NCBI GenBank assembly: GCA_000431815.1
Contig: FR889219.1
Span: 422-64,421 of the forward strand
Origin: Butyrivibrio sp. CAG:318
Lineage (GTDB): Bacteria > Bacillota > Clostridia > Lachnospirales > Lachnospiraceae
Direction: 5' to 3'
Length of the DNA stretch: 64,000 bases
Below the pieces are notes generated by a model that saw only the letters and a program-made list of their open reading frames with translations, was not told the DNA's origin and made no database searches. This document shows, piece by piece, positions 19,534 through 28,245 of the stretch (its first letter is position 1; each line of letters starts with the position of its first letter). Position numbers and translations under genes: made by a program.

Positions 19534-19570
19534 TTACCAAAAGTTACAAAAAAACTTACCAAAAGTTACA
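19534..19570 (+). repeat. perfect 15-bp direct repeat, candidate LytTR binding site
   Basis: TTACCAAAAGTTACA at 19534-48 and 19556-70 (22-bp period), followed by an extended -10 TGaTATGCT at 19595-19603. Confidence 0.75.
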
Positions 19571-19621
19571 TTTTGCGAAAAAATCAAGATTTTATGATAT
19601 GCTTTCTAAGAGGAGGCAACA

Positions 19622-20380
19622 GTGCCTGCGAAAGAGAAAAGTATAGGAATGGTATGGGATAGTATGGTACGTATTGCAATATGTGATGATGATGAGAAAT
19701 CGCTGAATGATCTTCAATGCAGGATAAACAAAATACTGCCGAACAGAGTTACGGTAACTGCACATAATAATCCTTTTTCGCTCGTAACATATATATGCGA
19801 TGAGATGAAAGGCCGAATAGATGCGGTTTATATTAGCATCAGGCTTAAAGGGCATAACGGAATAAGGGTAGCTCAGAGCATACTTAAGGAATTTCCGGAC
19901 ATTAAGATTATATTTGTGTCCGATGATATTGAAAATGCAAGAGATATATTCAAGGTCAATCCGATTTATTTTATAACGAAGCCTTATAATGATGATTATC
20001 TCAGGGATTCATTGTATAAGCTGGTTTCAATGATTGATGAAGAGGAGGTGGACCTGCTGACGTTAGGGTGTGCTGACAGCAGGAAAGGACTTACAACCAT
20101 AATGACCAGAAATATATATTATATTGAAAGTCAGAAAAGGGTAATTAATGTTCATTATTTTGACAGTTATGGAACATATTATTCCAAACTCGACGATATT
20201 GAAGGGCGGCTGCGTTCTAATTTTGTCAGGACACACCAGAGTTATATCGTCAACATAGATAAAGTTAAGAAAATAACTAAAGAGGGAGTTCTGCTTTACG
20301 GCGGGAAGACAATTCCGATAAGCCGTTCAAGATATAAGGCAGTAACGGAAATAATTAACAGACACCTAAGTTATATTTAA
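19622..20380 (+). CDS. LytTR-family response regulator with atypical receiver (alternative start ATG 19664)
   Basis: IAICDDD...DAVYISIRL..HNG...IIFVS...FITKP receiver; IYYIES.KR...FVRTHQSYIVN...IPISRSRY LytTR domain. Confidence 0.9.
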   Translation: MPAKEKSIGMVWDSMVRIAICDDDEKSLNDLQCRINKILPNRVTVTAHNNPFSLVTYICDEMKGRIDAVYISIRLKGHNGIRVAQSILKEFPDIKIIFVSDDIENARDIFKVNPIYFITKPYNDDYLRDSLYKLVSMIDEEEVDLLTLGCADSRKGLTTIMTRNIYYIESQKRVINVHYFDSYGTYYSKLDDIEGRLRSNFVRTHQSYIVNIDKVKKITKEGVLLYGGKTIPISRSRYKAVTEIINRHLSYI

Positions 20381-20391
20381 GGAGGCTAAAT

Positions 20392-20790
20392 ATGTTAGTC
20401 AAGTGTAATAACGGACATTATTATGATAAAGAGCATGATAATGAATGTCCGATATGTAAAGCTGATGCAGATTCAACAGGAAGCGTTGGAGAAATTATCT
20501 GTATTTTCGGCGAAGGTGAGGGCAGAAAATACCCGCTTCATGAGGGGGCGAACAGAATTGGTACAGGGTACCAGATGGACATATGTCTTGCTGATGATAT
20601 GCAAATAACGCGTGACAATCACTGCTCAATAGTATATGATGTAAATAAGCATAAGTTCACGATAGTACCGACAGCGGGTTCACTCACATATGTGAATGAT
20701 GTGCTGCTTAAGCAGCCGAGATTGCTGTATGAGAAAGATGTATTTCGAATAGGACGAAGTAATTATAAGCTGGTTAAGAAGAAAAACTGA
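20392..20790 (+). CDS. Zn-ribbon-like (CxxGHYYD...CPxC) + degenerate FHA protein
   Basis: KCNNGHYYD..CPIC, then an FHA-like fold (NRIG..., ITRDNHCSIVYD, TYVND, FRIG); RBS AAGGAGG. Confidence 0.75.
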   Translation: MLVKCNNGHYYDKEHDNECPICKADADSTGSVGEIICIFGEGEGRKYPLHEGANRIGTGYQMDICLADDMQITRDNHCSIVYDVNKHKFTIVPTAGSLTYVNDVLLKQPRLLYEKDVFRIGRSNYKLVKKKN

Positions 20791-20806
20791 TAACCGGAGG
20801 AAAAAT

Positions 20807-20989
20807 ATGAGGATTGTTAAATGCGATTCAGGACATTATTACGATGCCGACGTATACAAAGAATGTCCGCATTGCACCGGTAAAGCTGACTATAAAGACA
20901 TAATCACATCACCAATCAAGAACGGTGGTATAGACTTAAAAGCAGATGATATATCCGCAGACAGACTGAATTATGAGCATAAATTTTAG
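20807..20989 (+). CDS. small CxxGHYYD...CPxC protein (possibly the N-terminal part of a split gene)
   Basis: RBS GGAGG; KCDSGHYYDAD..ECPHC, paralogous to the N-terminus of the preceding gene. Confidence 0.7.
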   Translation: MRIVKCDSGHYYDADVYKECPHCTGKADYKDIITSPIKNGGIDLKADDISADRLNYEHKF

Positions 20990-21019
20990 GGGGGGGGTAG
21001 AAGAAAGGAATATCCTGGA

Positions 21020-21349
21020 ATGCCTGTAAATAACGCGTTTGTAGGGCGAGTTGAAGGAATCAGGGGCATTTATGCGGGAGCTGTAATCGATATGCAGCCG
21101 GATGAAGTTATTACAATAGGACGGTCGCCTTATGAAGCGAATATTGTATTGTCATCACCTGAAGTGAGCAGAATACATTGCACGATAAGGTATGACGCAA
21201 AGGTGGGCCAGTATATTGTTGAGGACAAGTCATCCAACGGCACTTTTTTAGGTAACGGAACCAGACTTGCCAAGGATACACAGACCAGACTTCCCGGCGG
21301 AACGATAATATATATATCGGATATAGAAAATGGTTTTAAATTAATATAG
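21020..21349 (+). CDS. FHA domain protein (canonical pThr-binding motifs)
   Basis: ITIGRS, VSRIHC and DKSSNGTFL. Confidence 0.9.
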   Translation: MPVNNAFVGRVEGIRGIYAGAVIDMQPDEVITIGRSPYEANIVLSSPEVSRIHCTIRYDAKVGQYIVEDKSSNGTFLGNGTRLAKDTQTRLPGGTIIYISDIENGFKLI

Positions 21350-21355
21350 CAACAG

Positions 21356-21382
21356 AGCCTGATGAAGGAACATCATCAGGCT
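21356..21382 (+). other. intra-operon stem-loop
   Basis: AGCCTGATGA-aggaaca-TCATCAGGCT, perfect 10-bp stem, no strong U tract. Confidence 0.55.
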
Positions 21383-21414
21383 TATTGTGGTTTAATGAAA
21401 CAGGAGATAATGAT

Positions 21415-23145
21415 ATGGACTGCTGTCTTGATAAAGGAACCATCCTTAATGCTGTATATGAGATAACGGATATACTCGGCATGGGAGGTTATGGAATAAC
21501 ATATAAAGTAATCGACAGGAATACGGACAGGATACTTGCGGTCAAAGAGTATTTCCCGGCACATATGGTATGCAGGGATCGCCAGAACAATGATGTCGTG
21601 CTGTATGACGAGTCACTTAAGATGCAATACAGGAAGAATATTGAGGGATTTCTTGCGGAAGCACGCAATATGGCCAGGTTTAACAATCATCCCAATATAA
21701 CGCATGTATATGAATTTTTTGAGATGAACAATACGGCATATTATGTGATGGAGTATATAGACGGAACCAGCCTTAAAGAATACATAGATGATTTCAAACA
21801 GAATAACCAGTTCATTCAGACCGAAGACGCAGTCCGGATAATTACCGATGTGCTTAACGGTCTTGAAGTGCTTCATTCAGCCGGAATTGTCCACAGGGAC
21901 ATAAAGCCGGCCAATATTTATGTTGGAAGGGACGGAGTGGTACGCCTGCTTGATTTTGGACTTGCCCGCAAATCCGGAAAAACAGAAAGCGATGCGATAG
22001 AACTGACACAGGGATATGCGCCGCCGGAACAATATTACGGAGATACGGTAAGGCCGTGTTCGGACATATATGCTGTCGGAGCGGTTTTCTATGAAATGCT
22101 TACACTCATCCGGCCGGATGCAGCCACGGACAGGATGATAGATGACTCACTTCCCAGACCAAGTGATATCAATGCTGATATCCCGGATAATATCAGCAGA
22201 CTTATTATGCGGGCATTGGCTCTGAAACCGCAGCTGAGGTTGCGCTCGGCGAGGGCAATGAAAAAATACCTTATATCCGGAACTATGCTTAACAACGTGC
22301 ATCAGGCGGAAAAGGCGGCACGCCGTAAAAGAACAGCAGCTTATATCGCTGCAGCGGCAGCAGCTGTCTGTGCAATAGGTACGGTAATAATACTTAATAC
22401 GGTCAGGAAGAATAATATAATACAAGCGGGAGAGCTTGATATATGGCTTCCGGATGACATATATTCGGAGGATACGGTAAACGCTATGCTTTCCGTTTTT
22501 GAGGAAGAATATCCGCAGATATCGGTCCGGATGAAGATAATTGATGAATCCGAATATGCGGCGAAGATAACGGAGGCTTTCGCATACGGAAACGGACCGG
22601 ATATATATGATGCGGTACCGCTTGACGGCAAGGATGACCGGAACCGTAAAAACATTGCTTCCCTTGAGGAAAGATTAGACGGAGAAGATTATGCGGTTTT
22701 TATGGATGAATATCTCGAAGAAAATATTCTGCCGGTAACATTTTCTGCTAAGATAATATATTATAATACGTCAGAGCAGACGGACGAACCCCGATATACT
22801 GACAGTCTTGAAGATTTCGTGGACGGTAAAGCGGATTACTATATGGGAACAACCGACGATTACAGCCATATTCAGAAAGAAATGGCCGGCAGATATGCGA
22901 TTAAGGAAAACGACGCCGGTGAAGACAGTATCATGATCAGGAGCGGCTTATGTATTAACGGTAAATGCAGTTACGAGACCGGAAGGGCGGCACTGGAAGT
23001 TTTGTATTATATGACAGGGGAAAACGCCCAGATGGAATTATGCATTAATGCGGGAAAGGGACTATCCGTAAACAATAAAATAATGGATACTTATAAAACG
23101 ATTAATGTTGAGATGTCAGATCTTAAGATGGGAGGCAGCAGATGA
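21415..23145 (+). CDS. Ser/Thr protein kinase with TM and extracellular solute-binding-like domain
   Basis: LGMGGYG, AVKE, FLAEAR, HRDIKPAN, DFG and GYAPPEQY all intact. After the TM come LDIW, FEEEYPQISV and GNGPDIY (family-1 SBP N-lobe). Start ATG 21415 behind AGGAG. Confidence 0.88.
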   Translation: MDCCLDKGTILNAVYEITDILGMGGYGITYKVIDRNTDRILAVKEYFPAHMVCRDRQNNDVVLYDESLKMQYRKNIEGFLAEARNMARFNNHPNITHVYEFFEMNNTAYYVMEYIDGTSLKEYIDDFKQNNQFIQTEDAVRIITDVLNGLEVLHSAGIVHRDIKPANIYVGRDGVVRLLDFGLARKSGKTESDAIELTQGYAPPEQYYGDTVRPCSDIYAVGAVFYEMLTLIRPDAATDRMIDDSLPRPSDINADIPDNISRLIMRALALKPQLRLRSARAMKKYLISGTMLNNVHQAEKAARRKRTAAYIAAAAAAVCAIGTVIILNTVRKNNIIQAGELDIWLPDDIYSEDTVNAMLSVFEEEYPQISVRMKIIDESEYAAKITEAFAYGNGPDIYDAVPLDGKDDRNRKNIASLEERLDGEDYAVFMDEYLEENILPVTFSAKIIYYNTSEQTDEPRYTDSLEDFVDGKADYYMGTTDDYSHIQKEMAGRYAIKENDAGEDSIMIRSGLCINGKCSYETGRAALEVLYYMTGENAQMELCINAGKGLSVNNKIMDTYKTINVEMSDLKMGGSR

Positions 23146-26100
23146 GAAGATTAAAGAGAAATATTGGGTTAGTGCTTGCTTTGCTTGTTTTTTTGACCGG
23201 CGTTAAGCCTGTTCCGGCCGGGGCTGCTGCAAAAGGCAGTGATATATCAGCCGGGGATTTGCCCGGAAGCCAGATTTATGCAACGATATCCGGTAATAAT
23301 TACGGAATATGCATTATGGGCGGCTTAAAAGGTGAATTTACCGTGCCCGAGAAATATGACGGAAAAACAATCAATACTATAGAAATCCGTGACTGTGATG
23401 GACTTACAGGTGTGACGGCCGGAGAAAACATTAAAAATCTTATAATCAGAAATTGTGATTCGGTTAATACGCTTACACTTCCGGCAAGTCTTGAGGAAAT
23501 AACAATTGATTCCTGCCATGCATTGAGAAAGGTAACAATAGACAAAAATAATAAAAAACTTGCATCCGTATACAATTCCGTCTATTCAAAAGATTACCGC
23601 ACTTTATATTATTATGCGGGCATAGATGATACCGAAATCAACATACAGGAAGGGTTATACGAAATAGGTTTCTATGCGTTTAATTCATGCAATAATGTAA
23701 CAAAGATAACAATTCCGGCATCGGTATATGATATTGGAGAGTTTGCTTTTTGTGGTCTTGACAAGCTGAAAACAATAGAGGTGGCTGATGGGAACCGGAA
23801 ATACAGTATACATAACGGCGATTTGTACTGCAACAGCACACTTATGAGATGCCTGCAGAGCGGCCGGATTAAGCTTTGGGAGGGCACGAAATACATCCAG
23901 AAGGAAGCTTTTGATGAATGCCGGGATGTTGAAAGCATAGATATGCCGGATATAAGTGGATGCAAAGCCGTAAAAGCGGGAGAGGTCTGTGATGTATCAT
24001 GGACAAGGGGCAGACAGTATAATTTTTTCCTGATATCGGATAAGCAGCAGTTTTATACGGTTTCAAAGGAAGACGAGAATTATTTTATTCTTTATGATGG
24101 AAGCACACAGACGGATAGTGAGATACAGAATGTCAGCCGTCTTATTCCCAAGGGCAGGGTAAGATATTTCGGAGTGCAGCCTGTCGAGGACAGGTATGAC
24201 AGCAGGGTGACAGTGTCGTTTGATGTGTCACCGGTTGTCAGGCTTACTGAGAAACAAAGCGTAAATATAAATGATGTACCGGGCGCATTGTATGAATTCA
24301 CACCGGATGCGACGGGAAATTATATTATGAGATATGATTATTACGGCGATTACACAGTGTATGATGAGCAGTTAAACAAGCTGTACGAGGACGGTGCTGC
24401 CTGTAACCTTGATTTATATAATACAATGTGCTACGGAAAAACATATCGTTTTACTGCCGGCAGAAAATATTATTTTTTCATCGGTGAATATACAAGTGTA
24501 AATAATATTATGGTTGCCCATGACGACAAGGTGGAGAAAATTTCTGTCTGTAATGCACCGGACAGGGAATATTATATCGGAGAGACCAAAATCGCCCTGA
24601 CGGGATTAAGAATCAGAGTGCTTTTTGAGGATGGAACCACCCGGGAATTTACTTATGACAGAAGCTGGGACTGCTACCGGGACGATACTGACCATAAAAG
24701 AGCGATATATGTTGAGTGGTACAGCGATACAATCAAGGAAGAAGCTAATTATGTAGATATCGTCTGCTACGGCGAAAGAATCTCATATGAAGTACCTGTA
24801 GTATCACATACCATAATAAATAGCGACTGCTGGAGATATTACGAGAGTTACGGCAACACCGCCGAAATAGCGGGCTGTGATGTACAAAACGATACTATAG
24901 AGATACCGGAAATGATAGACGGCAGGAAGGTCACATCAATAAGCAGGGATGCATTTATCGATAATCATAAAATCCGCAGGGTAATTCTTCCCGAAAGCAT
25001 TGAGAGGATCAATATGTATGCATTTTCCGGCTGTGATAAGCTTAAGGAAATCAATTTTCCGGCCGGACTTGATACAATAGACTCGGAAGCATTCAGCGGC
25101 TGTGCCCTTACAGAGGTGACATTGCCGGAGAATGTCTTTTGCGGCATGTCCGTATTTAAAAACTGTACATCACTTCGTAAGGTAACACTGCCGGAAGGAA
25201 TGACGGAAATTCCCTATGAAATGTTCATGGGGTGCGTCTCACTTGAACACCTTAACATACCGGCATCGGTGCGGGAAGTGATGTCCGGAGCGTTCGCTTA
25301 TTGCAAAAGTCTTACCGATATAGATGTACAAAGTGATATTTTTACATATAAGGGAGGCTCATTATATCTGAAAAGTGAAAGTGGTGATTGGCTGATTATG
25401 TATAATCCTGCCGCCACAACAATTGATATAAGCGATGAAAGCCGGATAGGTCGTTATGCGCTCACAAGCGTGGGATATACACAGGATATACATTTTCCGG
25501 CAGATCATCCCGGCTTTGATGAAGTGAAACTTAACGTGCCGTACAAAGGAGCTTACGGAGTGTATGGTGAGGACAATGAACTTCTGTTCAGGGCGCCTCA
25601 CACCGGAATATACAGGATTCATATGGAATGTGACAGAGATGATGAATTATTTGATTATGATCCGGTAACACCGCTTTTTATCGATGAATCAACAGGCGAC
25701 GGATATATATATATGGATAAGAACGAACTCTATGTGATCGAACATTATATCCGCTGCCAGGATAAAGAAAAAATTCCGTTTACAGTGACTGTAACAGATG
25801 TGAGTGAGGGAGTCTTCCGGGATAAACTCAGGTACCGCGTGACTGAAGACAGCCTTGTTTTTTACGGATTCGGGTCAATCAGGGACGGGCTGCCAGAAAT
25901 ATTCAATAAAGCCTCCAAAATAGTATTTGAAAACGGTACCGGCGGGATATCGGGAGATATGCATCTGGATAAATCAAGGCTGAAAGAGCTTGAATTTGGC
26001 GGAGTGTCATCACAGTATATCAGTATAACCGATTTTGATCCGTATTCGGAGAATTATACCGAAAGAAAAGACGAAATCACACTGCGCGGACCTGTCGGAG

Positions 26101-27440
26101 GTAATGCGGAAAGTTATGCCACAGAGAATGGACTTAATTTTTCACCGACTGACAAAATCAATATACACGATGCCGATGTTAAGGCAAAATATGTGTATTA
26201 TATTGAAAGTGGTGTGGTCCATCCGGATATAAGTATAACATATAATAACAAGAAACTGATTGAAAATGTTGATTATACAGTTGATGATATTGATACATCT
26301 TCTATGACGGGATACTACCATTTGTGCGCTTACGGAATTGGCAATTACATGGGAGAAATTGGCTTCCCTGTCATAATACAGCCCAAAGACCCGATTCTTA
26401 AGGCTGCAGAGAATACAGCCAAAGGTATTAATGTCAGGTGGAATCCGGTCGGGCAGGCAACGGGTTATATAATTTACAAAAAATCGCCGGGTAAAAGCTG
26501 GAAGCGTATCTGTGTTACAGATTCGGGACAAACCACACAGTTTCTCGACACCGCCGTAACAAACGGCGTAACATATACATATACGGCACGCGCAATGTAT
26601 GGGAATATAACCGGTGACTGGAGTTCTACGGCTGTAATTACAAGACTGGGATACCCGGAAGTTAAATCGCTGTCCAATATAACATCGGGTATTGAAGTGA
26701 AATGGAGCCGTACGGCCGGTGCCGGAGGATATATATTGTATCGCAAAACGTCGGGCGGCACTTATGCAAGAATTGCCAACATTAAGCATGGCAATGTGAC
26801 ATCGTACATTGACCGCACGGCTAAGGCCGGGATATCGTATACATATACCGTAAGAGCATATTCAGGCACCTCAATGAGCGGTTGGCGTAATCCGGGGACG
26901 ATACTGCGCCTTGCCGACCCGACGGTGCAGTCTGCATTAAATGCTACAGGAGGAACACAGATTAAATGGAGCCGTTCTGCCGGTGCCGGAGGGTATATTG
27001 TTTACCGCAGAAACAAGGGCGGAGCCTGGAAACGTATTGCATATATCAATGGCCAGAATGTATTATCTTATACTGATAAAAGTGCTAAAGCCGGAGTCAC
27101 ATACGATTATACGGTCAGGGCCTTTAAAGGCAGCCTGTTAAGCGACTGGCATAATTATAAGACAATCAGACGACTTAACAATCCAATGCTTAAGTCAGTG
27201 GCTACGTCACGATATGGAATAAATATCAGGTGGAATAAAAGTCCTTATGCAACAGGATACATCATATATCGTAAAACCGGAAAGGGCAGCTGGACCCGTA
27301 TTGCCAAAATAAATAATGCAAGTGCAACCGGCTTTACTGATACCACTGCTGCCAAGGGTGTCAAATACACTTATACAATCCGGTCGTATTCAGGCAGTTA
27401 TTTAAGTTACTGGAATTCGGTAAGGAGTGCCGTAAGGTAA
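23142..27440 (+). CDS. secreted BspA-type leucine-rich-repeat surface protein with Ig-like and four C-terminal FN3-like repeats
   Basis: Signal peptide; LRR_5 units (LPESIERINMYAFSGC, LPEGMTEIPYEMFMGC); C-terminal ~90-aa repeats W..A.GY.IYRK..GxW..IA..YTD..A.AG..YTYTVRA; ATGA overlap with the upstream kinase. Confidence 0.85.
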   Translation: MRRLKRNIGLVLALLVFLTGVKPVPAGAAAKGSDISAGDLPGSQIYATISGNNYGICIMGGLKGEFTVPEKYDGKTINTIEIRDCDGLTGVTAGENIKNLIIRNCDSVNTLTLPASLEEITIDSCHALRKVTIDKNNKKLASVYNSVYSKDYRTLYYYAGIDDTEINIQEGLYEIGFYAFNSCNNVTKITIPASVYDIGEFAFCGLDKLKTIEVADGNRKYSIHNGDLYCNSTLMRCLQSGRIKLWEGTKYIQKEAFDECRDVESIDMPDISGCKAVKAGEVCDVSWTRGRQYNFFLISDKQQFYTVSKEDENYFILYDGSTQTDSEIQNVSRLIPKGRVRYFGVQPVEDRYDSRVTVSFDVSPVVRLTEKQSVNINDVPGALYEFTPDATGNYIMRYDYYGDYTVYDEQLNKLYEDGAACNLDLYNTMCYGKTYRFTAGRKYYFFIGEYTSVNNIMVAHDDKVEKISVCNAPDREYYIGETKIALTGLRIRVLFEDGTTREFTYDRSWDCYRDDTDHKRAIYVEWYSDTIKEEANYVDIVCYGERISYEVPVVSHTIINSDCWRYYESYGNTAEIAGCDVQNDTIEIPEMIDGRKVTSISRDAFIDNHKIRRVILPESIERINMYAFSGCDKLKEINFPAGLDTIDSEAFSGCALTEVTLPENVFCGMSVFKNCTSLRKVTLPEGMTEIPYEMFMGCVSLEHLNIPASVREVMSGAFAYCKSLTDIDVQSDIFTYKGGSLYLKSESGDWLIMYNPAATTIDISDESRIGRYALTSVGYTQDIHFPADHPGFDEVKLNVPYKGAYGVYGEDNELLFRAPHTGIYRIHMECDRDDELFDYDPVTPLFIDESTGDGYIYMDKNELYVIEHYIRCQDKEKIPFTVTVTDVSEGVFRDKLRYRVTEDSLVFYGFGSIRDGLPEIFNKASKIVFENGTGGISGDMHLDKSRLKELEFGGVSSQYISITDFDPYSENYTERKDEITLRGPVGGNAESYATENGLNFSPTDKINIHDADVKAKYVYYIESGVVHPDISITYNNKKLIENVDYTVDDIDTSSMTGYYHLCAYGIGNYMGEIGFPVIIQPKDPILKAAENTAKGINVRWNPVGQATGYIIYKKSPGKSWKRICVTDSGQTTQFLDTAVTNGVTYTYTARAMYGNITGDWSSTAVITRLGYPEVKSLSNITSGIEVKWSRTAGAGGYILYRKTSGGTYARIANIKHGNVTSYIDRTAKAGISYTYTVRAYSGTSMSGWRNPGTILRLADPTVQSALNATGGTQIKWSRSAGAGGYIVYRRNKGGAWKRIAYINGQNVLSYTDKSAKAGVTYDYTVRAFKGSLLSDWHNYKTIRRLNNPMLKSVATSRYGINIRWNKSPYATGYIIYRKTGKGSWTRIAKINNASATGFTDTTAAKGVKYTYTIRSYSGSYLSYWNSVRSAVR

Positions 27441-27525
27441 AACGCTGCCGTGCTTTTTCTTGTTTTGGGCAGAAAATAGTGCTATACTACACATAAATAC
27501 GAGAAAACGGAAGGATTAAACAGAT

Positions 27526-28242
27526 ATGTATACAATGAATAGCCATGTCAGATATAGCGAAGCAGACCACAATGGACTGATCACTCCTGATGCGCTTATT
27601 AATTATTTCCAGGATTGTACGATGGTTCATTCGGAACTGTGCGGACGAGGCGTGACCAACGCGTCCAAAGCGGAGGGATACTGGTTTCTCGCATCATGGC
27701 AGGCGGATATTATAAGAACACCGAAATTGTTTGAAAATATTAATATAACGACGATACCGTATGAGTTCAAGGGATTTTTCGGAAGCCGTAATTTCCTGAT
27801 AACAACAGATGATGGGGAAGAACTTGTAAAAGCCAATTCGGTATGGATATATCTTGATTCACACACACATTCACCGGCGAGGATTCCGAAGGAAGAAGGC
27901 GCTGCATATGGCGAAATAGGCCCGAAGCTTGATATGGAATACCTTCCGCGCAAGATTAAAGTGACTGACGAACTGTCGCCTTATGCGCCCGTACCGGTAG
28001 ACATCCAGCAGATTGATACGAATGAGCATGTTAATAACTGCGAATACATAAGGACTTTCATGAGTGCAACCGGCGCGGTTGACATGCCGCGCAGGATAAG
28101 AGCCGAATACAGGCAGGCAGCAGTCATGGGCGATATATTTCATCCGTATGTATATAAGGATGATGCCAGGTGCATCGCAGACCTGCGTGGTGAAGACGGA
28201 ACATCATATGCCGTGGTAGAATTTATTTACGAAAAGGAATAA
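27526..28242 (+). CDS. acyl-ACP thioesterase
   Basis: VRYSEAD...NYFQD and IDTNEHVNN, double hotdog fold. Confidence 0.85.
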   Translation: MYTMNSHVRYSEADHNGLITPDALINYFQDCTMVHSELCGRGVTNASKAEGYWFLASWQADIIRTPKLFENINITTIPYEFKGFFGSRNFLITTDDGEELVKANSVWIYLDSHTHSPARIPKEEGAAYGEIGPKLDMEYLPRKIKVTDELSPYAPVPVDIQQIDTNEHVNNCEYIRTFMSATGAVDMPRRIRAEYRQAAVMGDIFHPYVYKDDARCIADLRGEDGTSYAVVEFIYEKE

Positions 28243-28245
28243 TTT

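Noticed and set aside
19534..19570. Direct repeat as a CRISPR remnant or att site
   Set aside because: Only two 15-bp units with a 7-bp gap; no cas or integrase gene.
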